From an uncultured Acidobacteriota bacterium (GTDB lineage Bacteria > Acidobacteriota > Thermoanaerobaculia > Gp7-AA8), in assembly GCA_963758195.1 (NCBI GenBank), contig CAVWUH010000002.1:2061560-2125559 (forward strand): 64,000 nt of DNA, read 5' to 3'. A program made the translations under genes and the position numbers. Below are positions 14,048 through 25,600 of this stretch, one piece after another; position 1 is the stretch's first letter; every line of letters begins with the position of its first letter. The notes beneath the pieces were generated by a model that ran no database searches, was not told the origin of the DNA, and saw nothing but the letters and a program-made list of their open reading frames with translations.

Positions 14048-14062
14048 GTTCCACGTGGAACG
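14047..14062. promoter_or_regulatory. parS centromere-like site (second copy, identical 16-mer)
   Basis: TGTTCCACGTGGAACG fills the 15-bp gap between the mnmE stop (14063) and the mnmG start codon (14047), sharing the T of the ATG. Confidence 0.8.
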
Positions 14063-15466
14063 TCACTTGCCGATACAAAACTTTCCGAAGATCTGCGCGA
14101 AGACGTCATTGCGCGTGATCGCACCGGTCAGGACGCCGAGGGAGTTGGCGCCGCTGTAGAGGTCGACGAGCACGATCTGCTCGTCGAGTCCGCTTTCGAG
14201 GGAATGTCGAGCAGACTGGAGACTGGCGGCGCAGTCGGCCACCGCTTGCTGCTGTCGTTCATTCACGAGAGCGCCTTCCGGCGCGACGAATCGCTCGCGC
14301 ACGAGCTCGTCGAGTCGCGTCAGCAGCTCATCGATTCCTTGATCGGTCATGGCGCTGATGGCGAAGGCGCTATCCGGCGCGGAAGCAAGGTCCACCTTCG
14401 TATAGACCACGAGTGGATTCTCCAGACTCGATAGCTCACGCCGATCTTCGTCGCTCAGACCGTCGCTGGCGTCGATCAGGTAGAGAACGATCTCTGCTTC
14501 GCGCGCGGCCGCACGCGCGCGCGCGACGCCGATTCCTTCCACCACATCCTCGCTCTCCCGAAGTCCCGCTGTATCGGCGAGCGTCACCGGCAAGCCGCCG
14601 ATCTCGATCGTCTCCCGCACGATGTCGCGCGTCGTTCCCGGGATCGGCGTCACGATCGCTCGATCGCTTCCCACCAGCCGGTTGAGCAACGTCGACTTTC
14701 CGGCGTTCGGCCGGCCGAGGATTACCGCATTCAAACCGGTGGTCGTCGCGTGGCCGCGGCGATAGGTATCGGCCATCGCCTCTACGTCGCGAAGCGCTTT
14801 GTCGATTTGAGACGACGACTCCTTGCGCGTGATGAACTCGTAGCCCTCTTCTGAAAAGTCGAGTGCCGCTTCGAGACGCGAGATCACGTCGAGCAGCGTC
14901 GAACGGATCGCTGACGCCTTCCGGCTTAACGCACCCTCGAGATTCGAGAGCGACAGCTTCGCCTGCAACGCCGTTCGCGAATTGATCAGGTCAGCGATCG
15001 ACTCCGCCTGCACGAGATCGAGCTTCCCGTTCAGCACCGCCCGCTCCGTGAACTCTCCCGGCTCGGCCATCCGCGCTCCGAGCGCAACGCAGGCGGCGAT
15101 CACCCGCTCGACGATGAGTGGATTGCCATGCAGCGTCAGCTCGACGAGATCGTTCCCAGTGAACGAGTGCGGAGCTTCGTAGCGAACGACAACGCAATCG
15201 TCCAGGCGCTCCGCATTGGTTGTCGGTTGTCGGTTATCGGTTGTCTGCGCGTCTTCGCCTTGCGGCCCAGACAACTGACAACTGACAACTGACAACTGCG
15301 GCGCTACGAACAGCGGCACGTGTGTGGCCTTCCGGATCGCCGGAAGTCCCGATCGCAGGAGTGCCGCAAGAACGGCTCCGCTCGCCGGTCCATCGATGCG
15401 CACGATCGCGAGTGCGCTGCGACCCAAGGAGGTCGCAGGCGCGACGATCGTGTCGCCCGTGCTCAC
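14063..15466 (-). CDS. mnmE: tRNA modification GTPase MnmE/TrmE carrying an in-frame 27-codon hairpin-repeat insertion
   Basis: G-domain GRPNAGKSTLLN and DTAGLRE, C-terminal CIGK. The N-terminal domain motif YEAPHSFTGNDLVEL is preceded by the foreign stretch PQLSVVSCQLSGPQGEDAQTTDNRQPTTNAE. GTG start. Confidence 0.9.
   Translation of the reverse strand: MSTGDTIVAPATSLGRSALAIVRIDGPASGAVLAALLRSGLPAIRKATHVPLFVAPQLSVVSCQLSGPQGEDAQTTDNRQPTTNAERLDDCVVVRYEAPHSFTGNDLVELTLHGNPLIVERVIAACVALGARMAEPGEFTERAVLNGKLDLVQAESIADLINSRTALQAKLSLSNLEGALSRKASAIRSTLLDVISRLEAALDFSEEGYEFITRKESSSQIDKALRDVEAMADTYRRGHATTTGLNAVILGRPNAGKSTLLNRLVGSDRAIVTPIPGTTRDIVRETIEIGGLPVTLADTAGLRESEDVVEGIGVARARAAAREAEIVLYLIDASDGLSDEDRRELSSLENPLVVYTKVDLASAPDSAFAISAMTDQGIDELLTRLDELVRERFVAPEGALVNERQQQAVADCAASLQSARHSLESGLDEQIVLVDLYSGANSLGVLTGAITRNDVFAQIFGKFCIGK
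15218..15298. repeat. Tandem-heptamer hairpin E (GGTTGTC x4 / GACAACT x4) inside the mnmE coding sequence
   Basis: GGTTGTC GGTTGTC GGTTATC GGTTGTC (15218-15245), a 24-nt loop, then GACAACT x4 (15270-15297). 81 nt equals 27 codons, so the frame is preserved. Confidence 0.9.
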
Positions 15467-16407
15467 GACTCCGGCGCCGGCTGCGCCTCGGCAGCCGCGG
15501 GCTCCTGTCCCACCGGCCGAAGCACGATGGCGACTCGCTTGTAGAACCCTTCGCCGCGCGACTCTGTCGTCACTTCCGCATCCTCGCGAAGCGCCATGTG
15601 CACGATGCGACGCTCGATCGGGCTCATCGCCGGAAGCAACTCCTCGCGCCCGCCGCTACGAACCCGCTCCGCCACTTCCTGCGCGCGCTTCTGGAGATCG
15701 CTGGTGCGCCGTTCCTTGAACTCTTCGCAATCGAGCTCGATCTCTTTCTCGACCTTGCGTCCAACCAGCGCTTTGTTCGCCAGCACCTGGATCGCGTCGA
15801 GCAGCTCGCCGTGTCGATCCGTCAGGAGACCGCTGTCCACGCCGTAAAGGCGGATGAGGATCCGCTCGTCGTTCTCTTCGGTCCGCAGCACGAGGTCGAG
15901 CTTCGCCAGGACGATCGTGTCTTCGCACCATTCGCGTACGAGCTTCGCGCCTTCCGACTCCGGACCTTGCTCCGGGATGTCCCCGAGGAACGTCTCGAAG
16001 TCGCCGGTCCGCAGCTCGCGACCGCCACGTCCGCGGCCACCGCCTCTTCCCCCGCCACGTCCTTCGCGCGGCGCAGAACCGCCACCCGCGCCGCGACCGC
16101 GACCTCCGCGGCCGCCTCGCTCACGGCCCGGACCGCAATCGGCGCGTGGAGCGCGCGTCTCACGCGGCTCGCGCGGCGCTTCGATGCGATTGCCGTCTCG
16201 TTCGATCGGCGGCGGCGGCGCGACGACGGCCGGTGCCGGCGCCTCGCGATTCACGTCCGCCTCGATCACGATCCGCTTGACGCCCCCGAGGAAGCCGCGC
16301 TTCTCCAGGAGGACGTGATAGGTCAACTGCCACCGCTCGACGCCCAGCGTCTCCGACGCATGCGTCAGCGCATCTTCGAGATTCCGACCTTCGAAACGCT
16401 GGCTCAT
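15463..16407 (-). CDS. jag: Jag/KhpB RNA-binding protein (Jag_N, KH, R3H) with an RGG-rich linker
   Basis: MSQRFEGRNLEDALTHASETLGV at the N-terminus and the R3H region ERRIVHMALRED. The central linker is GRERGGRGGRGRGAGGG...GRGGGRGGGRGRGG. The gene lies between mnmE and yidC. Confidence 0.8.
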   Translation of the reverse strand: MSQRFEGRNLEDALTHASETLGVERWQLTYHVLLEKRGFLGGVKRIVIEADVNREAPAPAVVAPPPPIERDGNRIEAPREPRETRAPRADCGPGRERGGRGGRGRGAGGGSAPREGRGGGRGGGRGRGGRELRTGDFETFLGDIPEQGPESEGAKLVREWCEDTIVLAKLDLVLRTEENDERILIRLYGVDSGLLTDRHGELLDAIQVLANKALVGRKVEKEIELDCEEFKERRTSDLQKRAQEVAERVRSGGREELLPAMSPIERRIVHMALREDAEVTTESRGEGFYKRVAIVLRPVGQEPAAAEAQPAPES

Positions 16408-16419
16408 CACTCTCCGCCG

Positions 16420-18085
16420 TTATGCATTCTGTACGTCATCGGGGTGGGTTTTCCACCACTTATTCATGATCGTCTGCTGAATGATCGTCAAGACGTTCTG
16501 CACCAGCCAGTACAACACGAGACCGCTCGGGAAGTCTTTGAACATGAACCCGAACATCAGCGGCATGATCAGGAACATCTTCCGCTGCGTCGGATCGCCC
16601 GTCGAAGGCGTGATGTACGTCTGCAGGAACATCGTGATCGTCATCAGGATCGGCAGCACGTAGTACGGATCCTTCGTCCGACAGGTCGTGAATCCACAAC
16701 ATGAACGGCGCGCCGCGCAACTCGATCGCCCGCGACAGCAGGCCGTAAAAGCCCCAGAGAATCGGCAGCTGAATCACGAGAGGCAAACAGCCCGCCATCG
16801 GGTTGATGCCCTCTTTCTGATAGAGCTGCATCATCTCCACGTTCATCTTCTGGCGCTGCTCGGCGTCCGTCTTCGACTTCTTGTACTTCGCCTTGATGAC
16901 CTCCATCTTCGGCTGCACCTTCTGCATCTTCTTCATCGAGACGATGCTTTTGTGCTGCAGCGGATAGAGAACGATTTTGATGAGAATCGTCAGGACGATG
17001 ATGGCGAAGCCGTAGTTGTGCGTGTACTTGTTGATCCAGACCAGCGCCTCGAGAAAGAAGCGCGCGATCATGCCCAGCCAGCCGAACTGCAACGCACCCT
17101 CGAGGCCGTAGCGATCGAGAAGCTTCGTCTCCTTCGGACCGAAGAACGCCTGGCCTTCCACGACACCATTCACCGCGTTGACGCCGGCGTAGAGATCCGG
17201 GCGATTCTTCTTCGTCTTGGCGTCCTCGTAAAACACGACGCGCTGCAGGATCCCTTCGCCACCGCGCGTCGGGCGCAGCACGCTGAGGAAGTAGTTGTCC
17301 TCGAGGCCGACGTACTCGATGCCGGGGTGGAACTGCACCGAGTCCGCTTTCTCGCGAGAGATCACGCGGAACTTGCCCTCGCGCTGCACGACGCCGTTGC
17401 CGGTCATCACCACGCGCGAGTCCTGTTCCTCAGGCGCGAGCGTGCGCACGCCAGGCCCGATCTCGACGCGATACGGGACCGGCGGAGTGAGCGCGACCGC
17501 GAAGTCGAAGAGATACGGCTCGCTGCGGGAGAAGCGGAACGTCTTCGTCACGACGACGCGACCATCGGAGTAGCGATACTCGATGATGTGCTCTCCGCGG
17601 TCATCGCGTTCGGTGACCGCGTACAGCGCCTGGTTGATTCGCTCGTTCAGCGCGCGGTCCGTCGTGACGATGACGAACGGATAATCCCATCGGCCCGCTT
17701 CGCGCCTCTTCACCAGATCAACCGGTTCGTGACTCTGCTTCTGCTTGTACTTCTTCAACGTCAACGAAACGAGCTCCGCGCCGCGATTGGTGAAAACGGC
17801 GCGGTAATCGCCCGTATCGAAGACGCTGTTCTGCAGTCGCTGGCCGGCAACCGGAGCTACCGGTGCAGCCGCTGCGATCGACGCCGGAGCGGGCTGGCCC
17901 GCGGATGTTTGCGTGGCAGCCGCGGTCGTTGTGCCGGCAGTCGTGGTGGTGGTCGTCGTTTGCGCGGCCGTCTTCGGCGGCTGCGGTTTCTTGGCGAGCT
18001 CCGGGAAGAGCTTCGGTGCAATCGTCGCCCAGCCGAGGAGCACGCCGAGCGAGATCACGATCGCGAGAAAGATTCGTTTTTCCAT
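16420..18085 (-). CDS. yidC: Membrane protein insertase YidC, frame break near 16680
   Basis: N-terminal TM plus periplasmic domain, then [15 protein letters not shown], are in ORF 16460-18229. The C-terminal [20 protein letters not shown] is in ORF 16420-16659. Confidence 0.9.
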
Positions 18086-18086
18086 G

Positions 18087-18303
18087 TCAAGGGACGGGGT
18101 CCCAACCTCCAGGATTGAACGGGTGACAGCGCGCCAGACGGCGCATGCCGAGCCAGACGCCGCGCAGCGACGCCGTATTTCTCGACGGCGTGCATCGTAT
18201 ACACCGAGCACGTCGGCTCGAAGCGGCACATCGGCGGCAAGAGTGGGGAAATGAATCGCTTGTAGAAGCGAAGAAGGAGAAGCGCGAAACGACGGATGAT
18301 CAT
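18087..18303 (-). CDS. yidD: Membrane protein insertion efficiency factor YidD, frame broken
   Basis: [33 protein letters not shown] is present. The conserved tail [15 protein letters not shown] lies in another frame and ends at the TGA at 18089-18087. Confidence 0.8.
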
Positions 18304-18677
18304 GGCCGCCGCGCGTCGTTTACGACACGCTCCAGCACCCGCCTGAGGTCGCGGCTGAAATCCAGAAACGTCGTGTCGGCCGCATTCGGTTTGACATTGA
18401 CGACGATGTCGAGCGATCGGGCGTCGAGCCCAGTGGCTCGCGGTGACGCCGATAGGTCTCGCGCGTCCATCGCTTCAGACGATTGCGAACGTGAGCTTTC
18501 CCGAGCTTCTTCGTGGCGGTGATCCCGATGCGGGAGTAAGACAGTCCATTGCCGGCAACGAAGAGAACCGCAGTAGCGGGAAAACAGCTTCTGGCCCGTT
18601 TCATAGACATGGACGAACTCGCGACGTTTCGCTAGTCGTCTGTCTTTCGGCAAAGCCTCGGACCGAAGGCTTTCCAC
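18300..18677 (-). CDS. rnpA: Ribonuclease P protein component, 2 frame breaks
   Basis: RLAKRREFVHVYETG is in frame 1, IGITATKKLGKAHVRNRLKRWTRE in ORF 18320-18610, and LDIVVNVKP back in frame 1. The gene lies directly downstream of rpmH. Confidence 0.8.
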   Translation of the reverse strand: MESLRSEALPKDRRLAKRREFVHVYETGQKLFSRYCGSLRCRQWTVLLPHRDHRHEEARESSRSQSSEAMDARDLSASPRATGLDARSLDIVVNVKPNAADTTFLDFSRDLRRVLERVVNDARRP

Positions 18678-18692
18678 CGGTGATTTTGATGC

Positions 18693-18833
18693 TTAGACCG
18701 CGAGGCGCTTGCGGCCTTTGCGGCGCCGGCGCGAAAGGACGGCCTGTCCGTCCTTCGTCCGCATGCGGACGAGGAAACCGTGCGTGCGCTTACGCCGGCG
18801 ATTGTTCGGTTGAAAGGTACGTTTCGATCCCAT
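18693..18833 (-). CDS. rpmH: 50S ribosomal protein L34
   Basis: Hand translation gives [46 protein letters not shown] (46 aa). It is below the length cut-off of the ORF track. Confidence 0.95.
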   Translation of the reverse strand: MGSKRTFQPNNRRRKRTHGFLVRMRTKDGQAVLSRRRRKGRKRLAV

Positions 18834-18955
18834 TTGCCTAACCCTCTGAAAAGAAAGCGGTGAGTATAGTCGGCGCGGACAAGACGGTCAACGACCGTAC
18901 ACGGCGATCCGCGGGACGAGCGCGCAAACGGCGGAAGAAGAGACGGATATTCCAT

Positions 18956-19047
18956 CGGTTGGCAGTTGGTGGTTGGCGGTCGGCAGGAGCGAAGCCACCC
19001 GGAGGTCGCGTCGTTCCACCGCCAACTCCCAACCGCCAACCGCCACC
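18956..19047. repeat. Tandem-heptamer hairpin F (GGTTGGC type) in the rpmH-dnaA divergent region
   Basis: CGGTTGG CAGTTGG TGGTTGG CGGTCGG C, a 31-nt loop, then CCACCG CCAACTC CCAACCG CCAACCG CCACC. Confidence 0.85.
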
Positions 19048-19123
19048 AAAAAACCCGGCCTGTTTTCTCTTGCCTCGCGACGTCATCGCTATGCTAGACT
19101 CCGTCCCCCTATCCAGGACCAGA

Positions 19124-19154
19124 ATTTCCACAACTGTGGAAAAGCTGTGGATTC
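19124..19154. promoter_or_regulatory. Cluster of three DnaA-box-like 9-mers upstream of dnaA
   Basis: ATTTCCACA (19124), TGTGGAAAA (19135; its reverse complement TTTTCCACA fits TTWTNCACA) and TGTGGATTC (19146). The cluster is 27 bp upstream of the dnaA ATG. Confidence 0.6.
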
Positions 19155-19180
19155 TCAACAAGATAGCGGCGTCCTTCCCC

Positions 19181-20491
19181 ATGAGCACGTGGAGCCAAGT
19201 CCTCAATCGAATCGAGCAGGTCGTAGATCGCACGGAGTATGACACCTGGCTCGCTCCGACTCGATTTCTCGCGCAGAATGGCGACACTCTCGATGTCGCC
19301 GTCCCCTCTCAACGCTACGTCGATGAGATTCGGGAACGCTTCGGTGCGCGCATCCGCGGAGTGCTCAACGAGATCTCTCCCGAGCGCGTCCAGATTCAGT
19401 TCGTGATCGACCGCTCCGCGGCCACCACCGACGACCTCGGACCGACCACCGCGGCGATCAAGGATGACATCCCCAACGCGCCGTTCAATCCTCGCTATCG
19501 TTTCGAAAGCTTCGTCGTCGGCAACTCGAATCAGCTCGCGCTCGCGGCCTCGAAGTCCATCGCCGAAAACCCGAGCGGCTCGTTCAATCCTCTCTTCATC
19601 TATGGTGGAGCGGGCCTCGGCAAGACACATCTCATCCAGGCCATCGGCCAGCAGATGCGGGAGATGCGGCCCCAGGCGCGCGTTCTCTACATGTCGGCGG
19701 AGATCTTCGTCACGGAGCTGATCACGTCCATTCGTTACGACCGCATGGCGCCGTTTCGCGAGCGCTACCGCTCCCTCGACGCGCTGCTCCTCGACGACAT
19801 TCAGTTCATCGCCGGCAAGGAGCGCACGCAGGAAGAGTTCTTTCACACGTTCAACGCGCTCTACGAATCGCAGAAACAGATCGTCTTCACGTCCGATCGC
19901 CCGCCGAAAGAGATCCCGACTCTCGAAGAACGCCTCCGTTCACGCTTCGAGTGGGGACTGACCGCTGATATCCAGCCTCCCGATCTCGAGACGAAGGTCG
20001 CCATCCTTCGCAAGAAGGCCGAAGACAAAGGTCTGAACCTGCCACAGGAAGTGGCGATCTTCATCGCCGAGCGCGTGCGCTCGAACATCCGCGAGCTCGA
20101 AGGACATCTGAACAAGGTCGCCGCATTCGCGTCGATGATTGGCAAGCCGGTCACCATCGAGCTCGTGAAAGAGGCGCTCAAAGACATCCTCTCGAAAGAA
20201 GACAAACCGATCACGCCGACGGAAATCCTTCGCGTGGTCGCCGCGCACTACGGGCTCAAGACCTCCGATCTGAAGCAGAAGAGCAACGCCCAGACGATCG
20301 CCTTTCCGCGGCAGGTGGCGATGTTCCTCTGCAAGGATCTGACGGATCTTTCCTATCCGGAGATCGGAAAGCTTTTCGCCGACAAGCACCACTCCACCGT
20401 CATGTACTCGGTGCAGCAGATCAAGAAGAAGATGGACAACGATCAACAGTTCGCGCGCACGGTCGACTCACTGGCGAAACAGTTCCGATGA
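19181..20491 (+). CDS. dnaA: Chromosomal replication initiator DnaA (intact)
   Basis: MSTWSQVLNRIEQ, Walker A GGAGLGKTHL and domain IV IAFPRQVAMFLCKDLTDLSYPEIGKLFADKHHSTVMYS. Confidence 0.95.
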   Translation: MSTWSQVLNRIEQVVDRTEYDTWLAPTRFLAQNGDTLDVAVPSQRYVDEIRERFGARIRGVLNEISPERVQIQFVIDRSAATTDDLGPTTAAIKDDIPNAPFNPRYRFESFVVGNSNQLALAASKSIAENPSGSFNPLFIYGGAGLGKTHLIQAIGQQMREMRPQARVLYMSAEIFVTELITSIRYDRMAPFRERYRSLDALLLDDIQFIAGKERTQEEFFHTFNALYESQKQIVFTSDRPPKEIPTLEERLRSRFEWGLTADIQPPDLETKVAILRKKAEDKGLNLPQEVAIFIAERVRSNIRELEGHLNKVAAFASMIGKPVTIELVKEALKDILSKEDKPITPTEILRVVAAHYGLKTSDLKQKSNAQTIAFPRQVAMFLCKDLTDLSYPEIGKLFADKHHSTVMYSVQQIKKKMDNDQQFARTVDSLAKQFR

Positions 20492-20736
20492 ACGATCCGC
20501 AGGGCCTGCGGAAAGCACCTACGAAAACATGCGGACGAAATCGACCTCGAATCGGCAGAGCCTCGAAACTGCGGAAAACGGCCCGAATTTCCACGTTTTT
20601 TCATTCGCCGACTCACAGGACGCAAAGGCGAAGACTGCTATACTTTCGAAGAGTTTGCGTCAGTTCCCGGCGATATCCACACCCACTACTACTACCTCTA
20701 CAAGAAAAATAGACTTGGTTTGAAGGAAGAGACCAC
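20492..20736. other. Candidate oriC / DUE region (dnaA-dnaN intergenic)
   Basis: A 245-bp spacer that is visibly AT-richer than its surroundings. It has DnaA-box-like ATATCCACA (20673) and ATTTCCACG (20587) and an AT-rich run CTACAAGAAAAATAGAC. The hairpin CCGCAGG-G-CCTGCGG lies at 20497-20511 after the dnaA stop. Confidence 0.45.
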
Positions 20737-21871
20737 ATGGAGCTGACCGTCGGAAAAGCGGATCTTCAGAAAGAACTCCAGCTTTGCCAGGGAGTCGTCG
20801 AGAAGCGTTCCACGATTCCCATCCTTTCGAATGTTCTGCTGAAGGCATCCGACGGCCGCCTGCAGATCGCCGCCACCGATCTCGACGTCACGATCCTCAG
20901 TTCCTGCGCCGCGCGCGTCACGACGCCCGGGCGGCGTCACCATCGAAGCCAAGCGCCTCTTCGACGTCATTCGTTCGATGCCTGACGAAGACGTGCACAT
21001 GACGCTGCAGGAAAACAACTCGATGCTCATCGAGTCGGGAACGGCGAAGTTTCGCCTCCTCGGTCTTCCCGCTGAGGATTACCCGACGCTTCCGACCGTC
21101 AACGTTGCCGACGGCTACAGCATCCAGCTCGCCGAGCTGAAGACGATGGTCGGCAAAGTGAAGTTCGCGATCACGCACGAAGAGACGCGCTTCCAGCTCA
21201 ATGGCGCGCTCTTGAAAGTGCAGCCGAACAAACTGGAGATGGTCGCCACCGACGGTCATCGCATGGCCCTCATCAACTTTCCTTCCGGCATCACCGGCGC
21301 GAAAGGAAAGAAGGGCTCCGACCTTACGATCCTGATTCCGCGTAAAGCGCTCGACGAGATTCTTCGGCTCGAGTCCGGCGAAGACGGCGCGGTGCAATTC
21401 GGCGTCTCGGAGAATCAGCTCTTCTTCGAAGCCGGCGATCGGCGTCTCCTCGCGCGCATGATCGACGTGAACTTCCCGAACTACATGGAAGTCATTTCGC
21501 GCGACAACGATCGCCGCGTGATGGTCGATCGCGAGCGCTTGCTCTCGACGATCAAGCGCATCTCGCTCGTCGCCAACGAGCGGACGCGCGCCGTGCGTTT
21601 CGATTTCGCGCCGGGCAAGCTCACCGTTTCGTCGACGAACCCGGAGCTCGGCGATGCACGCGAAACGGTTCCCATCGACTACGCCGGTGCTCCGTTCTTC
21701 GTTGGCCTCAACGCGGCTTACGTGATGGACTTCCTCGCCGCGACGGACACTCCGAGCGTGTCGCTCGATCTCAAGGACGAGAACAGCCAGTGCATCGGCC
21801 GCCCCGCGACCGCCGCCGAGGATCTTCCGTACGACTACCTGTACGTCGTCATGCCCATGCGGCTGGCGTGA
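20737..21871 (+). CDS. dnaN: DNA polymerase III beta sliding clamp, frame break near 20925-20935
   Basis: MELTVGKADLQKELQLCQGVVEKRSTIPILSNVLL is in ORF 20737-20985. The third frame carries GAVTIEAKRLFDVIRSMPDE, and the rest is in ORF 20978-21871. RBS GAAGGAAG lies upstream. Confidence 0.9.
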
Positions 21872-21885
21872 CCGTCTTGATTCAC

Positions 21886-21978
21886 CCTGAGGAGCGTAGC
21901 GACGAAGGGTCAATGGAGCCGCCGCGAGAAACGGGCCACATGATGCGGCCGCTCCGCTGATCCTACGTTTCACTCAGG
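21886..21978. repeat. Nested imperfect palindrome in the dnaN-recF spacer
   Basis: The outer arms are CCTGAGGAGCGTAG and CTACGTTTCACTCAGG. The inner arms are GGAGCCGCCGC and GCGGCCGCTCC. It contains a GTAGCGACGAAG motif reminiscent of the CTGTGTAGCGACG family. Confidence 0.4.
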
Positions 21979-25560
<3,582 letters not shown>

Positions 25561-25600
25561 ACGACACGAAACGATTCACGAAAAGTACGACTCTTAAAGC

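Noticed and set aside
17880-17990. A low-complexity ACC/GCC-rich stretch, considered as a possible DNA repeat element.
   Set aside because: It encodes the Thr/Ala-rich periplasmic linker of YidC ([17 protein letters not shown]). This is coding low complexity and not an independent element.
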